Shown here in pieces: positions 38,180-46,513 of a stretch of 63,578 bases of DNA (the first letter of the stretch is position 1; every line of letters starts with the position of its first letter). The notes beneath the pieces are model-generated. The model was not told the DNA's origin and made no database searches. It saw nothing but the letters and a program-made list of their open reading frames with translations. Both the position numbers and the translations under genes were made by a program. This DNA comes from Spirochaetia bacterium (GTDB taxonomy: Bacteria; Spirochaetota; Spirochaetia; CADAEX01), in the NCBI GenBank assembly GCA_017554185.1, contig JAFZIU010000009.1, forward strand, positions 1 to 63,578, written 5' to 3'.

Positions 38180-38990
38180 CGGTGTTCTCTCCTTGCTCAA
38201 AGGGGCAGCTTCTGCGGACAGGCTCTATGGACAGGGCCTTTCCGGAGTCTGGGTCTATGTCCAGAACCACACCCTGCAGCTCCAGGTTTTCCCAGCACTC
38301 CTTTGAGCGCTCCGGCAGCTGGGTCATATATTTTTTAATCTCTATCTCTGGTTCCAGACCGCCCACCGAGTTAAGGCTGCCGGTTCGGCCTGAGTCGCAT
38401 ATCACAGCGGTTCCGCCTGGAAGCACCTTGCTGTCGGAGGTGAGGCTTCTGGTGTGGGTGCCTATCACTGCGCTCACCTTGCCGTCCATCATGTAGAACA
38501 TGGTTTTCTTTTCGGCAGTGGTGGAGGCGTGGAAGTCTACGATCACTATAGGAGTCTCGGCCTTGGCTTTTGCAGCCAGCTCTGGAAGGATAAGGAACGG
38601 GTTGTTCAGATGAGTGCGCTGGAATCCCGAGTTCCCCAGGATGTTGATCACAGCAATCTTCTTGTCGCCCACGGTGTATATTCGCCATCCACGGCCAGGG
38701 CAGTTGTATGGGAAATTTATAGGGCGCAGGTGCCAGGGTGCCTTGGGCAGATGTTCTACGATATCTTTCTTGAAGAAGATCTTCTCGCCGGAGGTCAGTA
38801 CATCGATGCCAAGCTTCCGCAGGTAGATGGAGTGGGTCTTGCCTATGCCGAATCCGCCGGTGGCCCCTTCGCTTGCAGCAATCACAAAGTCCAGAGCATA
38901 CTCTTCCTTGAGCTTGGGAAGGAGCTTCTTGACGCAGAACACGCCCGATTTGCCCACGATTTCGCCTATAAACAGAACCTTAATACCCAT
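38172..38990 (-). CDS. ymdB: YmdB-like metallophosphoesterase (TIGR00282)
   Basis: FIGEIVG, TSGEKIF, DFHA..TAEK, GTHT, DSG.TG; some canonical metal ligands look substituted. Confidence 0.88.
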   Translation of the reverse strand: MGIKVLFIGEIVGKSGVFCVKKLLPKLKEEYALDFVIAASEGATGGFGIGKTHSIYLRKLGIDVLTSGEKIFFKKDIVEHLPKAPWHLRPINFPYNCPGRGWRIYTVGDKKIAVINILGNSGFQRTHLNNPFLILPELAAKAKAETPIVIVDFHASTTAEKKTMFYMMDGKVSAVIGTHTRSLTSDSKVLPGGTAVICDSGRTGSLNSVGGLEPEIEIKKYMTQLPERSKECWENLELQGVVLDIDPDSGKALSIEPVRRSCPFEQGENTDV

Positions 38991-39048
38991 TAATCTTCCT
39001 TTGGGATTAAAATAGCATGATATCTACAAATAAACAAGGTGATTTTTA

Positions 39049-39077
39049 TTGACAAGAATCGATTGCTCCATTATTAT
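39049..39077 (+). promoter_or_regulatory. sigma70 promoter of tRNA-Leu
   Basis: TTGACA-17 nt-TATTAT. Confidence 0.8.
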
Positions 39078-39089
39078 AGGTATGTTCGC

Positions 39090-39173
39090 GCCCGAATGGT
39101 GAAATTGGCAGACACGCTAGATTCAGGTTCTAGTGGCTTCACGGCCATGGAGGTTCAAGTCCTCTTTCGGGCA
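39090..39173 (+). tRNA. tRNA-Leu(CAG)
   Basis: Acceptor GCCCGAA/TTCGGGC, anticodon stem CTAGA-TTCAGGT-TCTAG, long variable arm, GGTTCAAGT T-loop; CCA not encoded. Confidence 0.97.
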
Positions 39174-39181
39174 ACACCGAT

Positions 39182-39207
39182 GCCAGCAGAGATGCTGGCT
39201 TTTTTTT
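39182..39207 (+). terminator. Intrinsic terminator after tRNA
   Basis: GCCAGCA-GAGA-TGCTGGC followed by T8. Confidence 0.9.
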
Positions 39208-39357
39208 GCCCCGAACATTTACCCCCAAAAAGTGCAGTGTACTCAGTTTTGTACTCAATTCGAATATTTTTCTATCTCTTGACGCGTTTTTATATTTTAG
39301 TATATTATATTATGAAATTCTGTTTTTTTATTATTATATTTTATTAATAAGGAAATA

Positions 39358-41655
39358 ATGAAGAAATTATTTGTATTATATATATTAATTTTGACTTTCT
39401 CCCTTATCATGGCTGGATGTGACAATGGATCGGCATCTGATTCTGTATCGTCAAGCAACCTGGTCAAGGTAAGCCTTACTGTAGATGATAACGCTTCTAA
39501 TGTGGCTCAGAAAATTGTGACAGTAGATAGTGGTATTTCAAATAACCTTACTTACGAATACATGGCCGAGGCTCTTTGGACCAGTTCAAATATCCATGGA
39601 GAAACCAACTGGACACGCATAAGCTATTCCAACGCAGACACAAACCTGGGCTACTTTACCTCTGGTCAGTGGAAATTCAGTGTACGGATTTTGGATGGCA
39701 GTAATGTTGTTTACAGAGGAGAGTCCACTACCTATATTGCGCCTGGCAATGCGAATGTAACTGTTCTGGTAAGCAAACAGTTCGAAGATGCTGCAGCTGG
39801 ACAAGTGCATATATCTGTTACTGCTCCTACACTTGCAGGAGAGAATCTTGGTATTTCCTATACCCTTGGCAATGTAACTACAAATCTCGGCAACGCCAGC
39901 GCAACCAGTGAGAATGGTATAACTACATTCGAATATACAGCTACTGATCTGGCTGCAGGTGAATATACATTCTTCTTAAACTATCTCTCTGGCAGCAGCG
40001 GAGCAGCGGTAGCAGTAGATCTTCGCCCAGGAGAAGAGGCTCAGATTACCGGTCATCTTGATAACGGCATCTGGCAGGTGGGTTATTTATATTTAAAACT
40101 GCACACAATAGCTATAAATGCAAGCTGTAATATAAATACAAATGTCTCTTCTGCGGCCATTGGAGATAGGGTGTCTTTCTCTATAGAACCACTTGAGGGA
40201 ACCATTCTGAACGAAGATGGCATTAGGGTGACCTATGGTAATAATCAAACCATAATCCCTGAGGAATCCGTGGGTGGGCTTTATACATTTACAATGCCTG
40301 ATGCTGATGTAACAATTAATGCTATATATGAAGGAATAAGCCAGGATATCAATATCGCATATTTTAAAGCCGCAGTTAAGATGTTATATAATTATAATCC
40401 TAGCGCTAAAAAGTTTGGCCGGGTTGCCAATCCCCTTACCGATTATCATCTGAAGCACTATGGTGTAAAAAACGTGACCCTGTGGTATGACACAAGTGAA
40501 AAGAAAATCTGCTGGTATTCTGGTAGTGATATAGTAAAATTCCAGCCTGGCTCTATGGCCAATTTCTTTAAAGATTTTACTACTTTAGAAAATATAAACC
40601 TGACAGGTTTTGATACTTCAGATGTAACCAGCATGGCAGGTATGTTCCAGAACTGTACTGCTTTGACTTCTGTGACATTTGATACAGAAACAGATGCTGA
40701 GGGTAAGTATGTTAATTTTGATACTTCTTCCGTAGAAGATATGGCTGGAATGTTCAAAAACTGTAAAGAACTATATCCTACTAATGGGGTATTGAACTTA
40801 GCCGGCTTTGATACCTCTGCTGTCGAAGATATGTCCTATATGTTCTTCGCTTGTTATAAGTTGAAAGAAATTGTTTTTGGCAACAAGTGGGATACTTCAA
40901 AAGTAGAAAATATGGCTTGCATGTTTGCTGGATATGATAGCGAAGTACTGCATCCTATGAGTCTTACAACTCTTAACGTAGCAAACTTTGATACATCAAA
41001 TGTCAAGTATATGCAGTATATGTTCTATCAGTGTAAGGAAATTGAGAGGCTTAATGTAAGCAGCTGGAATACCCAAAATGTAGAGAATATGTCTTATATG
41101 TTTGCGGGACTTAATGAAGGTTATGGAACTAAGCTTGATAAGTTGCATCTCACAAACTGGGATTTCTCTAGTGTTAAGACAACAAACCGTATGTTCGACC
41201 GCTGCCAGAGTTTGGCTGACCTGACTTTCCCAGAGACAACCAATTTTAAGAGCTTGGAAACAATGACATACATGTTCAGCCATTGTACAGAATTAACTCC
41301 AAAAGTTTTCCGGGCTATTGTTGGAACTTGGACATTTGATGGGCATCCCAAATATAATAAAAATGATCCATCAAATTGTGGAATTTATGGTAATGCTTCT
41401 TCTTCCTTCTTCGGAAACCATAATGGTAATACTAATAATAATTATATGTTCACTGATGCAAGAAATTATATTTTCCGAAATACCATGACTAATACAAATA
41501 ACAACCATCCTGAATACGGAAAGTTTGTTGTGCGCAAGCCTAAAGATGAACAAGATCAACCTATAAATTATATAACAAAAGATAATAAGCAACTGTGGAT
41601 TGGTGGTGGAAACGATAGTAAATATGGAAAACTGACAACGGCGGAAACTCCATGA
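39358..41655 (+). CDS. Surface lipoprotein: N-terminal beta domains + InlB-B/Flg_new-like domain + DUF285/BspA-like LRR (1)
   Basis: Lipobox IMAG-C; repeats FDTS.V..M..MF..C; YTFTMPDADVTINA. Confidence 0.85.
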   Translation: MKKLFVLYILILTFSLIMAGCDNGSASDSVSSSNLVKVSLTVDDNASNVAQKIVTVDSGISNNLTYEYMAEALWTSSNIHGETNWTRISYSNADTNLGYFTSGQWKFSVRILDGSNVVYRGESTTYIAPGNANVTVLVSKQFEDAAAGQVHISVTAPTLAGENLGISYTLGNVTTNLGNASATSENGITTFEYTATDLAAGEYTFFLNYLSGSSGAAVAVDLRPGEEAQITGHLDNGIWQVGYLYLKLHTIAINASCNINTNVSSAAIGDRVSFSIEPLEGTILNEDGIRVTYGNNQTIIPEESVGGLYTFTMPDADVTINAIYEGISQDINIAYFKAAVKMLYNYNPSAKKFGRVANPLTDYHLKHYGVKNVTLWYDTSEKKICWYSGSDIVKFQPGSMANFFKDFTTLENINLTGFDTSDVTSMAGMFQNCTALTSVTFDTETDAEGKYVNFDTSSVEDMAGMFKNCKELYPTNGVLNLAGFDTSAVEDMSYMFFACYKLKEIVFGNKWDTSKVENMACMFAGYDSEVLHPMSLTTLNVANFDTSNVKYMQYMFYQCKEIERLNVSSWNTQNVENMSYMFAGLNEGYGTKLDKLHLTNWDFSSVKTTNRMFDRCQSLADLTFPETTNFKSLETMTYMFSHCTELTPKVFRAIVGTWTFDGHPKYNKNDPSNCGIYGNASSSFFGNHNGNTNNNYMFTDARNYIFRNTMTNTNNNHPEYGKFVVRKPKDEQDQPINYITKDNKQLWIGGGNDSKYGKLTTAETP

Positions 41656-43619
41656 TAATTAGGGCAGGTATGATTAAGAGGATATCGATATTTACATTAC
41701 TTTTAACTCTTCTCATTATCTTATCTGGTTGTGACAATGGATCATCTCCCGACAACTCAAGCAGTCTTGTTAAAGTATCCCTTACTGTCGGCAGTGAATC
41801 TTCTGATATTCAGAAGGCAGTGGCAATAGACAGTGCGAACTGGGCATCCTACACATACCAATACAAGGCCCTTCATCAGTGGTCAACAGCAGGCATAGCG
41901 GGGGCCACAGGCACTATACAGGGAGAAAAAACCGCTTGGACAAACATAAACTATTTCAACAACAACAGCCTTGGTTACTTCACCCCAGGGCCATGGAAAT
42001 TCCTTGTACAGATATTGGATGGCAATACTCTGATTTACAATGGAGAGTCCGATGTGATTGACATAAGCACATCGCATGCAGATGTAACAGTATTTGTTGC
42101 CAAGGTGGCTCAGAGTGGAACTACTTATGCTATAGATATTAATTATGATAATTATGGAATTGTTGAAGCAGACATCAATCCTGCACTTCCTGGCGAACTG
42201 GTGTCGCTCTATGTGAAACCAAGTAGAGGCTCTCAGTTGAATAATTTATCGGTGACATGGAATGAAGGCACAGCAATCACAACCGCTCCGAATGGAAACC
42301 TTTATACATTTATTATGCCTGCCGGAGACGTAACTGTATCAGCTACATTTGAAGCAATAGATACAACAGTTGATGTCTCTGAATTCACAACTTTCGTCCA
42401 GGCAATACATGATAATCATCCTGATATCGAAGCCTTTGGCCTGGCTGACAGAGGTCCTTCCGGGGTGGAGTACTGCGGAATTGGTGACGTGTTGATGTGG
42501 TATGATACTAGTCTTAAGAAACTCTGCTGGTATTCCACCAACCAAACATTGAAGCTCAACACCACTACTTTGAAAGATTTCTTCAAAGGCAATGATTATA
42601 AGAGAATAAGCCTGAAAGGTTTTGATACTTCAAGTATCACCAATATGTCTGGATTGTTTGAAGATTGCATCTACCTGCAGGAAGTGGATCTGGATGGAGT
42701 AGATACCTCTAAAGTAACCACCATGAAAAATATGTTCTATAAAGCTGGTTACAGCTATATTCCTAGGCTTGGTGGTGAAGGAGACACGGCTACTGCCTCG
42801 ACAAACAACACCAGCAATCTGTTGATAAAGAACATGAGGTTTGATACTGCTAAAGTTACAGATATGTCCTATATGTTCTGCCTGTGCAGTGCTGTCAACC
42901 TCTGTACTGCTGATCAAGACCATGGCAATATAAAGCCTTCCAACATTGACGAATGGAATACAAGTCTTGTAACAGACATGAGCCATATGTTCTCAGGCTG
43001 GTATGGGAAGGTGGGTAATAAAAACTGTACTTGGTACAGTAAGTTTGCATCACTCGATTTAACAGGAAAGACTGTTTCAGTAGAAGGTGGTAGCAGTTAC
43101 CAGAGCTGGAATACCAGCAGCTGTAGAAATTTCAGTTATATGTTTGACTATTGTAACAGACTGCAGACTATAGATATATCTAATTGGAGCTTCTCAACAA
43201 CAGGTAGTAATGATATTGATATGCAGCGTATGTTCGACCGGTGCGAAGCTGTTACTTCTATTGTATTCCCAGCCCGGACAAGACTTGACAAGGTGAAGGA
43301 CCTGACATACATATTTGCTAACTGTGATAATCTGCCTGTGGCTGCATATACTGATATTCTGTCAAAATGGGATATTGATCAATGTAGTATTGAATTTGTT
43401 GATTACCTTAACGATACTAATAAGAAGAAAGCTGACACACCAAACAGAATTACAAAGGGTAGTGGCCAGATTCTTAAAGGTGATCCTAAGACATTCAGGA
43501 CATGGGGGCATCAGAATGATGAAAATCCTAATATCCTGTTTGGTGGAACCAACTCTAATATCTCGGACTATGCATATGCTGCGCAGCGTCTGGTATTGAT
43601 TAATCAGCAAACCGAATGA
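41652..43619 (+). CDS. DUF285 LRR lipoprotein (2), lacking the second beta domain
   Basis: Lipobox ILSG-C; start may be ATG at 41670; FDT/WNT..VTDMS.MF repeats. Confidence 0.85.
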   Translation: MIIRAGMIKRISIFTLLLTLLIILSGCDNGSSPDNSSSLVKVSLTVGSESSDIQKAVAIDSANWASYTYQYKALHQWSTAGIAGATGTIQGEKTAWTNINYFNNNSLGYFTPGPWKFLVQILDGNTLIYNGESDVIDISTSHADVTVFVAKVAQSGTTYAIDINYDNYGIVEADINPALPGELVSLYVKPSRGSQLNNLSVTWNEGTAITTAPNGNLYTFIMPAGDVTVSATFEAIDTTVDVSEFTTFVQAIHDNHPDIEAFGLADRGPSGVEYCGIGDVLMWYDTSLKKLCWYSTNQTLKLNTTTLKDFFKGNDYKRISLKGFDTSSITNMSGLFEDCIYLQEVDLDGVDTSKVTTMKNMFYKAGYSYIPRLGGEGDTATASTNNTSNLLIKNMRFDTAKVTDMSYMFCLCSAVNLCTADQDHGNIKPSNIDEWNTSLVTDMSHMFSGWYGKVGNKNCTWYSKFASLDLTGKTVSVEGGSSYQSWNTSSCRNFSYMFDYCNRLQTIDISNWSFSTTGSNDIDMQRMFDRCEAVTSIVFPARTRLDKVKDLTYIFANCDNLPVAAYTDILSKWDIDQCSIEFVDYLNDTNKKKADTPNRITKGSGQILKGDPKTFRTWGHQNDENPNILFGGTNSNISDYAYAAQRLVLINQQTE

Positions 43620-46513
43620 AAAATATATTTATTATATTTACATTGCTTCTGACTCTCTCCCTTATCATGGTTGGATGCGACAACGGATCAGCACCTGATT
43701 CCAGTCCATCAAACAACCTGGTAATGGTAAACCTTACCGTAGGCGGTGATGCTGTCGAAGTATCGCAGAACAGCATATCTGTAACTCAGACTGATTTGTC
43801 AACCCTTACATATAAATACAACGCTATCCCTCAGTGGGAAGGTACAAATATCCACGGCAGAACTGACTGGACAACTATAAACTATAGCGACAATATGAGT
43901 ATTGGATACTTCTCCCCTGGACAGTGGGTGTTCGGTGTCCAGATTCTGAGAGGAAACAGTGTTGTCTACCAGGGATTCTCAAATATCGTAGATGTAGCAA
44001 ACAGCAGCGTATATGTAACCGTGGCTGTAAACAAACTGGTCTCACAGGCTACAGTCGGGTCGGTGCGCATTTCTATAACTGCTCCGACTGTACAGAATGA
44101 TTACCTGGAGATTTCCTATTCCGGTACCTTGTCCGGTGGCCCATTCACAGTAAATGGAGAGAGTGAGACAGGCTACAGCACAGATGACGGCAGAACCACA
44201 TTTGAATATACCGTGAGCGGACTGACTGCAGGCAACTATACATTCACATTAGGGCATCCTAATGGCGGCGGTGGTACAGCTATATCATTCAGCCTTGCCC
44301 AGGGCAAAGGGGCAGTAATTAGTGGTCACCTTGATAACGGGATCTGGCAGGTGGACTACATAACTGTATCAGTCCATTCTATAACTGTCTTGCGATACAA
44401 CGAAGGGGCATCACAGGATCCATTATATGGAATTGTAACTACAAATGTCTCCTCTGCAGCTGTCGATGACAGGGTATCATTCTATGTAAAACCAGTTTCT
44501 GGTTCCAGGTTAACAGCCCTTACAGTTACCTGCGGCGGCAATAATGTTGCAACAGACAGAAATGGAGACCTGTATACATTTACTATGCCTGATGGTGATG
44601 TAACAATCAGTGCTACATTTGCAGATGCGACTGTGGATGAAGTAGTAGCATCGCATTTCAAGGCCGTAGTAAACACATTATACGGTGATAATCCTGATGT
44701 AACATCCTTCGGCCGGGCAGAATATGGTCCCGATCCTTTGATAGAAAGCTTCGAGCTTAAGAATGTGAAGATATGGTATGACGAGGGCAGCCATAAGATC
44801 TGCTGGTATTCCGATATCGACAGAGTCAAGTTTAAAGCCGGTTCTATGACAGGCTTCTTCAAGGACTGCACTAAATATACATCAATTGATCTGAACGGTT
44901 TTGTCACTACAAATATAACTGATATGTCCAGCATGTTCGAGGGCTGCAGCGGTCTTACAACACTGAATCTGGCTAATTTAAAAGCAGGCAGTGTAACAAA
45001 TATGTCCAATATGCTCAAGGACTGCACCAGCTTGACATCGCTGACACTAACCGGATTCGAGACCAATACCACAACCAGCGTGAATATGGCTGGATTGTTC
45101 GAGAACTGCTCAAGCCTTACTGCCTTGAATCTTTCTGCCTTTAATACCAGCAAGGCCACAAGCATGGCACGTATGTTCAAAGGCTGCGCCAGCCTGACAA
45201 CTGCTAATTTTAACCTTGCCAACGTAAGCACCGCCAGTGCTGCAGACCTGTCCAGCATGTTCCAGGGCTGCACCAGCCTTACACAAACATTCAATGTCTC
45301 TGCCTTTAATATAACCAGTGCTACCAATATGTCCAGCATGTTCGAAGGATGTACCGGTCTTAAGACAATTAATCTGCCGACACTCACAAGCCCTGCTAAT
45401 AATGTAAATATGTCAGGATTGTTCAAAGGCTGCACAAAATTGACCACATTGAATAATATTGCCAATTTTAAAACCAGCAAAGCCACAAGCCTGGCCTATA
45501 TGTTCCAGGGCTGCACCAGCTTGTCAACGCTGAATCTTAATAATTTTGATGCCAGCAATGCTACCGATATCTCTTACATGCTCAAGGGCTGCACCAATCT
45601 GTCAACGGCAAACCTTACATTTAATACATTTGCCATAAATACTAACGCCGACGTAAATATGGCTGGATTCTTCCAGGGCTGTACAAAACTGGCCACATTG
45701 AACGTTTCTACCTTAAATACCTCTAGGGTTACAAACATGTCCTATCTGTTCTGCGGATGCAAGGGCTTGACAAGCATTACATTCGGCGGCAGCTTTAACA
45801 CCTCCAGTGTAACCGATATGTCTTATATGTTCTCGGGTGTTGATTCAGGTACAGGTGGTACGGGCAATAAGATGGGGCTGACCAGCCTGGATGTCAGCAG
45901 TTTTAATACTGCAAATGTTACAAATATGAGCCATATGTTCTATCTGTGCTCCAACGCCTCTCTGACATCACTCCCCGGTGTATCAGGATTCGACACTTCA
46001 AATGTAACCGATATGTCCTGTATGTTCGCCGGCCTTTCCGGTGCCGCTAGCTATGTAACAGAGCTTGATGTTAGTGGATGGAACTTCTCGAAGGTTGAAA
46101 AAGCAACCAGAATGTTTGAATGGTGCGAGAATGCAGTTATAACCTTCCCAAGCTGGACCAAGTTCTACAGAATCGAAGATATACTGTATATGTTCGGCTC
46201 CTGCTACAAGCTGCGCCAGTCAAGCCTTAAGACTATAGTTGAATCATGGGACTTCTCGGAACATAATAATCCAACAGCTTTGGCCACACTATTTGGTAAT
46301 AGCAGTAAAACTGATACATATCCAGAGACAAGTCCAAGTAACCGACTTTTCAAAAACTCTATGTATAATAAAACTGATTTTGATGTTCGTGCTAAATACC
46401 TAACCCATGGTAATAATACTCTTATTACCACTCTATATCTTGGGGGTAATATTAATAGCGAAATCAAGTACCAGCGTCTGACAACAGATCCATTGGGGTA
46501 TACAGAGCAATGA
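43616..46513 (+). CDS. DUF285 LRR lipoprotein (3), long LRR run
   Basis: Lipobox IMVG-C; many MS.MF.GC..L..L.L repeats. Confidence 0.87.
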   Translation: MKNIFIIFTLLLTLSLIMVGCDNGSAPDSSPSNNLVMVNLTVGGDAVEVSQNSISVTQTDLSTLTYKYNAIPQWEGTNIHGRTDWTTINYSDNMSIGYFSPGQWVFGVQILRGNSVVYQGFSNIVDVANSSVYVTVAVNKLVSQATVGSVRISITAPTVQNDYLEISYSGTLSGGPFTVNGESETGYSTDDGRTTFEYTVSGLTAGNYTFTLGHPNGGGGTAISFSLAQGKGAVISGHLDNGIWQVDYITVSVHSITVLRYNEGASQDPLYGIVTTNVSSAAVDDRVSFYVKPVSGSRLTALTVTCGGNNVATDRNGDLYTFTMPDGDVTISATFADATVDEVVASHFKAVVNTLYGDNPDVTSFGRAEYGPDPLIESFELKNVKIWYDEGSHKICWYSDIDRVKFKAGSMTGFFKDCTKYTSIDLNGFVTTNITDMSSMFEGCSGLTTLNLANLKAGSVTNMSNMLKDCTSLTSLTLTGFETNTTTSVNMAGLFENCSSLTALNLSAFNTSKATSMARMFKGCASLTTANFNLANVSTASAADLSSMFQGCTSLTQTFNVSAFNITSATNMSSMFEGCTGLKTINLPTLTSPANNVNMSGLFKGCTKLTTLNNIANFKTSKATSLAYMFQGCTSLSTLNLNNFDASNATDISYMLKGCTNLSTANLTFNTFAINTNADVNMAGFFQGCTKLATLNVSTLNTSRVTNMSYLFCGCKGLTSITFGGSFNTSSVTDMSYMFSGVDSGTGGTGNKMGLTSLDVSSFNTANVTNMSHMFYLCSNASLTSLPGVSGFDTSNVTDMSCMFAGLSGAASYVTELDVSGWNFSKVEKATRMFEWCENAVITFPSWTKFYRIEDILYMFGSCYKLRQSSLKTIVESWDFSEHNNPTALATLFGNSSKTDTYPETSPSNRLFKNSMYNKTDFDVRAKYLTHGNNTLITTLYLGGNINSEIKYQRLTTDPLGYTEQ

